NCBI GenBank assembly: GCA_000091205.1
Contig: AP006491.2
Strand: one strand, 5' to 3'
From: Cyanidioschyzon merolae
Taxonomy: Eukaryota
DNA: 64,000 nt
The first letter of the stretch is position 1, and each line of letters begins with the position of its first letter. Below the pieces are notes generated by a model that was not told where the DNA came from, did no database searches, and worked only from the letters and a program-made list of their open reading frames with translations. Positions 43,101 to 52,437 of this stretch are shown here, piece by piece. The position numbers were made by a program, and so were the translations under genes.

Positions 43101-45638
43101 GGTCAGTTGCCTGGCGTCGTTCACCACACGATTTCGCTGCCGGAAGGTGTCGTCGTCGCTTCGAGGAACGACCAGCTCTTTGTGTTCGATGCGAGCATGG
43201 CAATGTCAAGAGCGGATCAGGAAACCGAGGCCCTCAGCGCTGACGCGCGTTACGAGATGGCGTTGATGGCGGGCATCGGGGCTGGACTCACACCGGATGC
43301 AGCTATGCGAATCGCGCAAAGCATCGACTCGGCGGCACTGGCACCTGGCGAGGACACCGGCACTGCCGCTGATGCGACAGCGCATCCCGAGAGCGTCGCT
43401 CTCGAGCAGCTGGGTACAGCGCGTAGCGCTTCGCCGGACCCGCACGCCCACTGCGCCGTCGATCGCGAGCACGACGGAATGCCGCCAACTGTAGCACCGC
43501 TGATGCGGAGCGTAGATACAGGCGCGGATGCCGGCGCTTTCGCTCGTGCTTGCCACGAGAGCTTTGCTGCTCACGCCAGAGCCTGCGCTGCTCTGGACGC
43601 TAACGGCTCCGTTTTCGTCATCCTCGCGGATGCATATCGGCGTCTTAATCTGGAAATTCCGCCGCAGGTCCTGCAGTTCGCGTTACACGCAACTTGCGAA
43701 GAAGCGATATTGCAGGAGCTTGGACTTTTGAGCGGGTCCGTTAAATGGCACATGGCGCGCCAATACGGCTGTGGCTATTGGGTGCGCTCGGAACTGCTCA
43801 TCCACCGTCTCGTCGAGGTCATTGCTCGCGCAACCTACAACGCATCACACAAGCCGCGGGATGCAGTGCTATGGTACGTGCTGCTGCGACGACCGCGCGT
43901 GCTGAGCACGCTCTTCCGTGCAATCGGCGAGCCGCGAATCGCGGGCTTCTTCGCGCAAGACTTTGGGGATGCCGCCGTTCGAGAGCGGGCCAATAAGAAC
44001 GCATTTGCAAGACTCGCCGTCCATGACTACGAGCTGTCAGCGGCGTTCTTCATCCTGGGTGCTGACCCATCCGCAGCCATGCAAGTCATCCGGGATCGCC
44101 TCGGCGACGAGCAACTGGCGCTATTGCTGTCGCGACTTGAACCGACGCTCCAAGCAGAGCAGGCGCTGGGGAATGCCCAGGAGCACCAGCAGGCACCGGA
44201 ATGGCAACTGCTACGCGCTTGCGTCATTGGCAAATACGACCATGCTGTAGCGATCGTAGAGCGTATGGACTGGTTGCGGAACGAATCGCAGGCCAGCGCC
44301 TGGCCCGCCATGGCTGGTGCTCTGCTCCAGACGAGAGCACTGCAGGCAGCACCCTCTGTCCAGCGTAGGCCGGATTTCATCGGAGCGCATCAGCGACTCC
44401 GGTTTCGAGTCGGCCATCTTTTGGCACAGACCGACCTTCTGCCCCTGGCTCAGCGACTGGTGCATCCGGCGTGGCGTATCCAGATGCAGAGCCACGCCCT
44501 CGGCCAAGCGCTGCTGCGCAACTCCACCGCGTGCACTCTCGCGCGCCCCGCACTGCGTGCCTGGGTGCAGCAAACGATAGCCGTGTCCGAGGAGCCGCTT
44601 CCCGTGCACGCCCTCGAGAGCGTCCTCGTGGCCACGGGGCAGTGGCTCCTGCACCAGGACGCGCCCCGTCTGCTCGGCTCGCTGAACGCCTGGATCGTCA
44701 TTCGCCAACTGCTGGAGTCGCACCGCTCTCGCGTTCACCGCATCTCGTTAGATGAAGGTTTCCTGGACAGCATACTCTCTTATCTAGTCGCCACTATCCA
44801 CCGAATCGCTTTGGGTGTCAGCGATCCCGACGAAGACATCAGCGAACCTCAACAACAACAACACGTCTGGTTGATGGACGCTGCAGTGCTCACAGAACGT
44901 CTCCAAGCCGCATCACCTCCAGTGGTACCCGAGGCAACGCGAGTTGCCTTGTCACAAGCAGCACAAGTTGCGCGTTTCCTCTGGATATGGCGGCATGCGC
45001 GCTGGACACCTATCAACGCGATGCACGCATCGTGGTGCGACGCGGCGACACGCATGCAGCGGACAGCACATGTTCCCGCCAAAGCGATTGAAACGGACAC
45101 GGCGATCGAGCCCCGACCCCCATCAGTGCCGTGCCTGCCGCGTCGTCGACAGCGCGCGCACTGCCTGTCCATGCTGCATGCGCTGTGCCTCGTCGACGCC
45201 CTGGATCGCTGTGCGGTGTGCCTGCAGACGACGACGACGGCGGCGGCGGCGCTGCGCTGGGCGACGGCGCTGCGTACCGCCATCCACCTCCTGATCGAGC
45301 GCATCGCTGGAGCGCCTGGGCAAGGCGATGCGCTCGCCGGACGCCATCAGCAGCAGTTGCCCGATGGCGATGAGGAGGCAGTGGAGCAGCTGTGGCGACG
45401 CTGCTGGCTTGCTGGTGGCTGGGTGCGTACGCAACTCGCGCGAGCGCTGCTCGCGGATCACGCGGCCGAAGCGGTGCATCCAGCGTCATGTGCAGCGGCG
45501 GCGGATGGCGTCTCCGGCACGACGTATCCGCTTGAGCGGACGCTCTATCCGGTGCGATTTCCGGTGCGGGAGATTCGACGGTACGTCGCTCGCAAATCAA
45601 GACGCGCCACAGCGTCCTGCTGCGCGAAGCGACCCTGA
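40143..45638 (+). CDS. RAV1: Rav1/DMXL (rabconnectin-3 alpha-like, RAVE complex, V-ATPase assembly regulator) large WD40 protein, main body
   Basis: The Rav1p_C-type region reads PRDAVLWYVLLRRPRVLSTLFRAIGEPRIAGFFAQDFGDAAVRERANKNAFARLAVHDYELSAAFFILGADPSAAMQVIRDRLGDEQLALLLSRLEP. Compare DMXL/Rav1 KDPLDCALFYLALKKKQVLWGLFR...KFLSNDF.EDRWRTAALKNAYALLGKQRFEHAAAFFLLAGSLKDAIEVC...DIQLAMVIARLYE. The N-terminal part is WD-like. The ORF opens at 39948, overlapping the MAD1 3' end. The first Met after the MAD1 stop (40143, MSTFKQ) is taken as the start. Confidence 0.7.
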   Translation: MSTFKQTCDAFCSGATRPQTSAQGPRLVLDQPGSVAAFGQCLDAISVAGLALVVTVQQDGSVALWVTSGLRFYRQFFWSARRERIIDADCHSVTSADDFDAVLSARFRRPDGALVLGTHAGHVVCIEHGSGGGLANLYRRWQLVGRLDAPVWLVGSVAPTPTTPVDTTAANNGDGDQGSTGAALSTGAPGESHTRPLPASVSVSEARACSPLAAISTGVVVAWTEHALWWYVPALRRWHRCPHPEDFEAQQQQQRIRDAPAIYLGEVSASGCFFAWTLRHSDGCWIGACPQWHAATFHAASDTDTNDSADDNVDQRMHSEAVFIHTSDPLCSLAWKPAPIRGGEALLVGDRCGRLRLFSAATTDWRSIATVSGMPLATQAVDTAACFVHQYGSGGIAEDENDAALVVLSEWHLGGAAASGDTRPHAKRDAQSAQGIIVHPYRASIAVHYIGQWIPGMPTLWCVSHLNDEPVPRVVPFHRASDGASTPVAPPETDANVARNGPPTPVLESVEGAAASTAACLAVRIEAAAESWRAPVSAACAPAKELRSQQPPAQPAQLNWILQRGQVVERWYQNGRPGDALEFWSHVVRLGNGDVGSIGALSYGSRARTLVALTSTQRLVCWPLPGWPALRSGYGPRTLPTLTQTRVSRPGWVHCANQLTACVRCAQRVELALFTMTEAGLLQLYGWLSPPEVDARETQARIPDEATAAPLMCVLSASTPPGVQVDDCAVWSRHQPQMLDTLEADQPQETGLLCWSALDMVWYVSRIIGVRDANATSVAHSVPASIDSETGDAAIAPLVPCGSATPVQAAPACNQHQPEEGQATARASSPARNCRHLALHCFDLSPWVRLCVSDPPPCAFAVRTDKVFVWRVDGVLAVYRLDTSRSVLERITASRLVAETLHERAHWHQSRLVVSADAQEVAVWDAASRRLHLCSFDGADIYALTTVDVSDTRPDADISFARYRSCAYLTVDRWLYYRRGCRWISCGQLPGVVHHTISLPEGVVVASRNDQLFVFDASMAMSRADQETEALSADARYEMALMAGIGAGLTPDAAMRIAQSIDSAALAPGEDTGTAADATAHPESVALEQLGTARSASPDPHAHCAVDREHDGMPPTVAPLMRSVDTGADAGAFARACHESFAAHARACAALDANGSVFVILADAYRRLNLEIPPQVLQFALHATCEEAILQELGLLSGSVKWHMARQYGCGYWVRSELLIHRLVEVIARATYNASHKPRDAVLWYVLLRRPRVLSTLFRAIGEPRIAGFFAQDFGDAAVRERANKNAFARLAVHDYELSAAFFILGADPSAAMQVIRDRLGDEQLALLLSRLEPTLQAEQALGNAQEHQQAPEWQLLRACVIGKYDHAVAIVERMDWLRNESQASAWPAMAGALLQTRALQAAPSVQRRPDFIGAHQRLRFRVGHLLAQTDLLPLAQRLVHPAWRIQMQSHALGQALLRNSTACTLARPALRAWVQQTIAVSEEPLPVHALESVLVATGQWLLHQDAPRLLGSLNAWIVIRQLLESHRSRVHRISLDEGFLDSILSYLVATIHRIALGVSDPDEDISEPQQQQHVWLMDAAVLTERLQAASPPVVPEATRVALSQAAQVARFLWIWRHARWTPINAMHASWCDAATRMQRTAHVPAKAIETDTAIEPRPPSVPCLPRRRQRAHCLSMLHALCLVDALDRCAVCLQTTTTAAAALRWATALRTAIHLLIERIAGAPGQGDALAGRHQQQLPDGDEEAVEQLWRRCWLAGGWVRTQLARALLADHAAEAVHPASCAAAADGVSGTTYPLERTLYPVRFPVREIRRYVARKSRRATASCCAKRP

Positions 45639-46987
45639 TGACGGCGCTGGCTGTTGCGCCGCATGAGCCGACGCGGCTTGTCGTCGCCACACTGAAGCCG
45701 CATCGAGGTCTGTATGAGCTCAGCTGGGAGCCCGCTGAGGGTGTCTCCACGGACGGCGAATCAGAGCGTCTGCCTCGATCGTCACCGAGCTCGGCATCGG
45801 CCGTCGTGCGTGACCTCCGCGCCGGCAACTGGCACGGGCGTGTACCCGACGCGCGGCATGCGGAGGCTGCGGCAGCGTCGCGCGGGCTCCGCTGGCGCTC
45901 CGAGGTGCTCGCGTCGAGTCTGGCGGCGCATCCCTTCTCAAATCGGTACATTTCCGGAGATACTGAGGGTGACTTGCTTTTTTGGACTTTTGGAGAGCCG
46001 TTCGCTCTAGCCCAGCTCACATGGGCGCACGCACGCGGCCAAGTGGTGCAGCGTGTTCGCTTCGCACCTTTTGGAGATGCCGTGGTTGCTGCCTACGCCT
46101 CAGGTCTGGTGGCGCTCTGGCGCGTGCCCGATAAGCTTGCCATCTGCACGCCAAGTGAGCCGGAACAGGTCTGGCGACCTTTCGGCGATGTCTGCGTACA
46201 TGATGTCTGCTTTGTCGATCAGGAGAATGTGATTGCGACTTTTGGTCGCGCCTATGACGGCAGCAATGCGACTGGCGGCGACATAGGTCCCAGTCGAATG
46301 GACACCATTCGAGTCTTCGATCTGCGGGCGGGGGCACTGAATCCACAGCAACAACAACAACAACAACGTTACCATCATCAGCCTGTGCTGTGTTTCCGGG
46401 CCCACACGCTCCCTGGTGGAGATTCGAGCGTGCGCGGCTCTTCGAGTTGCGAATCCCTCTGCGGACTCGTACTGGGCGATGGGACGCGGCTCCTGAGTGC
46501 GTCCTCCGAAGGCCACCTAGCCGTGTGTGATATGCGAACGTCTCGCTGTGCAGCCCAGTTCAGGGCACACTCGGACGGCAGCGCCATTCGTACGCTGGTC
46601 ATGGAAGAGCCGCGGGGACGGGCGCTGATCACCGGCACCGACAGCGGCCAGGTGCGGCTCTGGGACGCGCGTTCCCTGCGTCTGCTCGAGGAACTTGGTA
46701 CGGTGCATCGGCCAACGCGTCATTTCCGCGCTCGGGCACGTGCAAGTCAACATGCCTCCAGTCTCCGTCTGAGTGGCGGCACTGCACTTTTCGGGCTCTA
46801 TGGCGTGGAGTGTGCGCTGCTCACGGATTATAGTCTGATCACTGGCGGCGGTGATGGGTACCTGTACGCACACGGGCCCGGCTGGGGCGGCACTGCGAGC
46901 CCAGCAGTCAGTGATCACGTCAGCACTTTTGCAGACGATGTGGATACGCAACTGCGACGCGTGGAGAGCGGTCTTGCGCTCTTCTGA
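45638..46987 (+). CDS. RAV1: C-terminal WD40-repeat segment, most likely the 3' part of the same Rav1/DMXL gene (frame changes at an ATGA overlap)
   Basis: WD40 repeats (GDTEGDLLFWTF, ASGLVALWRV, SSEGHLAVCDMR, TDSGQVRLWDAR, GGGDGYLYAH) are present. DMXL-family proteins end in WD40 repeats. The ORF begins at the A of the preceding ORF's TGA stop (cccTGATGacg), a -1 offset. A (CAA)n-encoded QQQQQQQ tract lies at 46346..46367. Confidence 0.6.
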   Translation: MTALAVAPHEPTRLVVATLKPHRGLYELSWEPAEGVSTDGESERLPRSSPSSASAVVRDLRAGNWHGRVPDARHAEAAAASRGLRWRSEVLASSLAAHPFSNRYISGDTEGDLLFWTFGEPFALAQLTWAHARGQVVQRVRFAPFGDAVVAAYASGLVALWRVPDKLAICTPSEPEQVWRPFGDVCVHDVCFVDQENVIATFGRAYDGSNATGGDIGPSRMDTIRVFDLRAGALNPQQQQQQQRYHHQPVLCFRAHTLPGGDSSVRGSSSCESLCGLVLGDGTRLLSASSEGHLAVCDMRTSRCAAQFRAHSDGSAIRTLVMEEPRGRALITGTDSGQVRLWDARSLRLLEELGTVHRPTRHFRARARASQHASSLRLSGGTALFGLYGVECALLTDYSLITGGGDGYLYAHGPGWGGTASPAVSDHVSTFADDVDTQLRRVESGLALF

Positions 46988-49023
46988 GTGTTCGCGCCTC
47001 GCCATGCTTTCGATCAAGTGACGTGTCTGCACTTGAAGAGAAAAAAGGATCCGCAGAGTCTAGAAACAACACCGTTCGGTGTCACGGGGTAGCTCAGTAT
47101 ACGGTACAGGGTTTGCCGTTCCCTCACGAATGTCTTGCTCCCTGATTCGCACAGGCACTGTGTCATCGTTGAAGGAGTTGCCAAGCAGCGAAACCCGCCG
47201 TTGACGTGTCGAAACCTTGCCGTCTCTATCGACGCCGGAGTAATCGCGAGCCACCCGGTACGACACATGGTCAAGTGGGCTACGTTGCTGCGCTCGTCTC
47301 TGACGCATTAGCTGTCTGACGAAGCGCGATGTCTGCTGCGTCATTACACCTTGTTCGTGGCGTTTTGTATTCCGGATCTTTGGCCAAACTGCATGCTTGC
47401 ATATCGCATACCGTACTGTGGTTCTGAACGGCGTCCAGTGCACTAGGGTCACAATTTCACGTTCCTAACGATGCACCTGTATGGGCTCTTTGGGTTCGCA
47501 TTGCAGCTGAGTCTGATCCGATGCCTTCAAATGACACCGAGGCGTGAGCACACGATCCATGCTGGTCGTCCTCTCACTGCGAAGCGCTCCGCGAGGCATT
47601 CTTGCAGCCGGCGACACGCACATGGGGGCGGAAACACGCACAAGCCGCTGCACTAGTGCTCGAATGTTACTTTTGGAGGCGTTCGCACGTACAAGCACTC
47701 CATCCCAGCTGCTGTATAGGCTCGGAGCGATATTCATGAAGCGGGAAATCGTTCGTGCAGAGCAATAGCCGACGTTGAACCTACCTGGTTTCATCCTCTG
47801 AGGGTCAATGGCTCATCTGTCATCCCTTTGCAGGTTCATTGCACCCTCGAAAGCGCCGTGGCTAGCAGCTGAGGCCACTGTCGTCGTTGCTGGCAGACGC
47901 GCGCCGCCTTCAGCGCAGCAGTACTGGCGGTAAACGTTCGATTTCGTCGCCATGATGACTGGAGGTTGCTCGCCTCGCGTGCCGCATTGCACGCTTATCG
48001 TTGCGCAGTGCACCCGTTTCCACTGCGAAGCAGAGATACGACCTCTCCTGGAACTGGGTTACATGCACTTCGTGCTTATCGCATAGACTCCTTCAGCCTC
48101 GGAGCTATCATCACACTGGTGCTGCATCTGGGGCACCTGCACGCAGTCCTGTACCGTGCAGCGCTCATTCGTAACACATCAGCCGGTGTCGACACGCTCT
48201 ATGCACGTGCTGCCCTTGTTACCGGAGGTATTTGCGGACACGTGCCTAGTTGATACCTGGATGCCCGCTTTTTTATGTTGCCGTTTTGGGGTGTACCAGG
48301 GGCCATACGCGCGCACGACGTGCCGCGCAGTCAGCAACACCGCGTCCCATCTCGAATCGGCGAGTCAGAGGCACTCCGCATCCCTTGCATGTGGTGATGA
48401 AATATCGCGAGGAAAACGAGACAGCTGTGAACACGTTTTCCATTGGTGCACATGCCCGAACGCGAGCCCCGGCGAATCTGTGTGCTCCCTGCCGGACTCG
48501 CGGCATTAATGCGTCTCTACAACGCGCTGATGGAGCGTGCTCTGTTCAGCATCGCTGCGAGCATCCCCTGGAGATTTGGTACTCGGGGCTTCACCGGATG
48601 ACGCTTCGAGCTCATGAAACGAACACTGGACTGGGGAGTCGGGGTTCAGAGGCGTTTATGACGGCAGTGAAGAAGGTTCCCCGGATGCCGGCAACATTCG
48701 CGCTGTCGGGGGATGCCCGTTCAACGCATGGATCGTGCGTCAACTACAACATATTCTGTTCAAATGTATTCACTTATGTACATGATCGTTTGATCCTGAT
48801 CACCGTCACCTGTGCTCCCTGCTCTCTGCATGATCACAACACATCCTGTCCTATTATATCCATTTATAGAACGAATTGTTTGTTCCTGTATCACGGGTAC
48901 CAAGCAGATCTGCTCAATGCCGTCTGCACCGGATATCTGCACTTGAACCTCGATGCCTGCCCGTGGTCGCTTCTTGCGATTGCTCTAACTTGTGATATCG
49001 ACACGCTCGGGTTCTTCAGGGCC

Positions 49024-50385
49024 ATGAAGCTGCGCTACGACTACCAGTACGGGTTCGGGAACCATTTTGCAACAGAGTGTGTACCCGGAGCGCTACCAGT
49101 GGGTCAGAATAATCCCCAAAAGTGTGCATATGGGCTCTATGCTGAGCAACTATCTGGGACGGCGTTCACGGCGCCGCGCAGCGCGAACCAACGAACCTGG
49201 ATGTACCGCGTTCGTCCCTCTGTAGACCACGGGGCATACCAGCGGGTATCTTTCGCAGAGCGAGCGCCAGGTCTGGGCTTTCGAGGACAGATCGCGACAC
49301 CAGAGCGGCTGCGCTGGCAACCGCGCGACGACGCGGCCCCAGACAGGACTGCCGACGCCGCCGACGCCGACACCGACACAGACTTTTTGCGGGGCCTGTT
49401 CCGTATTGGAGAAAACGGGCTTCCCGAGGACCGAAACGGTCTCTCCATATATTCGTATTGGTGTAATACGTCCATGGACGGGGAGGCATTCTACAATGCT
49501 GACGGGGACCTGCTCATCCTCCCGCAACAAGGCGAACTCGTGCTCCAAACTGAACTCGGCATGCTGGAAGTGCCCGCTGGGCACGTCGCTGTAGTGCCGC
49601 GTGGCATCCGCTTTGCTGCACGTGTCGTTCCCATGAGTGACACTACGTCGACTAGCCGCGGCTTTGTTCTTGAGGTCTACGACAGGCACTTTGAGTTGCC
49701 CGACCTTGGTCCCATTGGCGCGAACGGATGCGCTGCACCCCGCGACTTCCGCTACCCGCTCGCCTATGTGGACCGCGATACCCTCCAGAGCTCTTGGCGA
49801 ATATGGGCCAAGTTCCAAAACCAGATCTTTATGTATGAGACGGATCACTCCGTCTTCGACGTTGTCGCCTGGCACGGCAACTACGCGCCATTTGCCTACG
49901 ATCTGGACCGCTTTTGTCCGGTAAATGCGGTTCGTTTCGACCACATGGACCCATCGATTTTCACGGTGCTCACTTGTCGCAGCGATGAACCTGGAGTGGC
50001 GCTAGCTGACTTTGTTATATTTCCACCGCGCTGGAACGTTCAGGAGCACACGTTTCGACCTCCGTATTTTCATCGAAACTGCATGACGGAGTTCATGATG
50101 AACCTAGCGGGAGAATACGATGCGAAGAGTGCGGCGGGTTTCCCACCGGGTGCCTGCTCGCTCCACTCGATAATGAGTGCGCATGGGCCGGATCTCGAGT
50201 CTTTCGCCCGGGCTGCCACGGAACAACTCCGACCGAAACGCCTACCGGACTCGACGCTGGCGGCTATGTTCGAAACCAGTCGTATGTTGCGCATTACCAA
50301 AGAGGCGCTAGAGCTGCTCCCTCTTGATCGAACGTATACGAGTTGCTGGCGCGATTTTCCGCCAGCAACGATACCTTCTTCATAG
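49024..50385 (+). CDS. HGD: Homogentisate 1,2-dioxygenase
   Basis: [66 protein letters not shown] aligns from the first residues of human HGD (ELKYISGFGNECSSE...[43 protein letters not shown]). The metal-binding region [21 protein letters not shown] and [31 protein letters not shown] are present. The ORF opens at 48250, but the 258 upstream codons have no HGD similarity and include an AT-rich, promoter-like stretch. Confidence 0.85.
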   Translation: [453 protein letters not shown]

Positions 50386-52437
50386 CCAGTGCTGGGGAAG
50401 CATTGAAGCATGCGTCTTGAATGGCGAAGGATCGTTGCATCTAATCCGGAATCCTCCGCGTCCAGATCGACCTCTTACCGTTTGGTCGCTGCGGCAGACC
50501 GCACGAGCTGCGAAGCGCTTCACGATGGAGCACGGGAGCCAGCTGCGTCGATGCCGCCCGGACTGCACTGCCTATCGGCAAGGTGTGTTTGGTTTTTGTG
50601 CACAGCACCAGAGACTGCACGTCAGCCCCGCAGTGCGATGGGCGCACCATGCCTATTCTGTGGTGTAGCCCGCAGGGCATACGCAGAAACGTCAATACAG
50701 GACGAGAAAACACGTTCAGCTGGATGCAAATCCCCGAGCGGCAACAACCGACGCACCGCATCGCGCAAAAGCCTCGAAGCATCCACACCCGCGTACGTCT
50801 CCGATTGGAACACGCAGAACTGCTCATTCTTGTCCTAGCTGGATATTTTCGACGTTGTTTTTTCGAGTTTCGAGCATCGGCATCCAAAGCGCGCGAAAAA
50901 TGACGTAAAAATTCAAAAGCATTCTAGGATTCTCGGTCATCTTTTTGGAGTGGGTGTTCGGAATCTTTGCTGTTGGCACTCGTCACATTACCGGAATCAG
51001 GATGATTCAAAATGCCCTCGACCAAGCGTTCGTAACATATACGATATCATTATGCATTTCATACGTGCAAGCATCCACACTTCGTCACCGAAGCTTACGT
51101 GTAGCATGTTTGATACGCGGATGTTTCAAGTTTTCGATCGTGCTGTCTCCATGAAACTCATGGGCAGACCAATGCACGCTTGAGGATTTACGAGGCAGAA
51201 AGTCGACGTCGTCCCCAGACGACTTGTTCATAAGCTCACGCCGACGCGCACGGAACTTTTCATGTGAAATCACTGATTCCGTTCGAAATACAAATCCGAG
51301 TCGGTTTGTTGCCATCATTGAAGCGACCTACAACGGCGGCGCCGACGGCAGCAGCAGCAGCAGCAGCAGCGTACCTCTCACCAGATATGCTCGCCGAGGC
51401 ACCCGTCTCTTCTGTTTCCATGGGAAAAAAGAAGCTTTGACACGGACTTGAATCATTGCAGCAATCGCCGGAAGCAGAGCGTACGTCGCCGCTTTGCACG
51501 AAGGGGGCGTAGACGACTCGAAATTTCTCGACTTGGTCTCGAGCTTGGATTATCCTTTCGGTTTTCGTTTCATCATCAGCAACATCGTGTTGCACAAACC
51601 CTCTGTCGAATGAGAGAGCGTGCACTTGCACGCCAAGCGTAGACGCCGAGGACATCGCCCAGAAGCGGCAACAAAGGCGTGTATCGAGAGGCAAGTCTTC
51701 TGGACCAGTCGAGTGCATGTACGAAGCGATGAAGCGAACGTTCACGCACTCCAGTGCAGTCATCGGAGAAGGAGGACGCTGAGGTGCAGCGGATACACCC
51801 GGACACCTAACCACATCCACGTGTCAACGCCGCGACGGGCGCCCCGACGCCGTACGCAAAGCAGTTGAAAATGACAAGCGCAGCGTGGATCGCAACTTCC
51901 GCCTCTGCAAGAATTGCGTGGAAAGCAGCCAGAAGCAACAATCCCGTTACCTGAACGCTGCCATATCATCCTCCGGGAACGTATTACGGAGCTGGGGCGA
52001 CAGGAGACCCTGACACAATTAACGCCGCAAATATGAGTGACAGAGAGGGATAGAGGAAAAGGCTGGTACTAGTGGCGATCGCAAGTAATCCGACGTTTAT
52101 TGTAGACGCCTGACTCAGGATAGTGGACTCGTTTCATTTCAGTCCGATACGGGTGTAAGATCTTTACGGTCCTTGCGTGTGAACGAAGGAGTCAGTGCTT
52201 CATTTTGGAGAAAGAATAGGCACGACCTGGCAACTTGTGCAGAGCAATGCCGCCGAGCATACCGTTCAGCTGTTGTGGGTCTTCCGGTGGCGGGCGGTAC
52301 GTGAAAGCGCCCTCAAGCAACGCGCTTTCCCTGACGAGACCGTGTACTACTCACTCTGTTCACAAATGGGAGCTTTCGAGCACTGTACTCGAGTTTGAAG
52401 GCTTGATACGCCAGAACCAGTCTCGAGCCTGCTCTGG

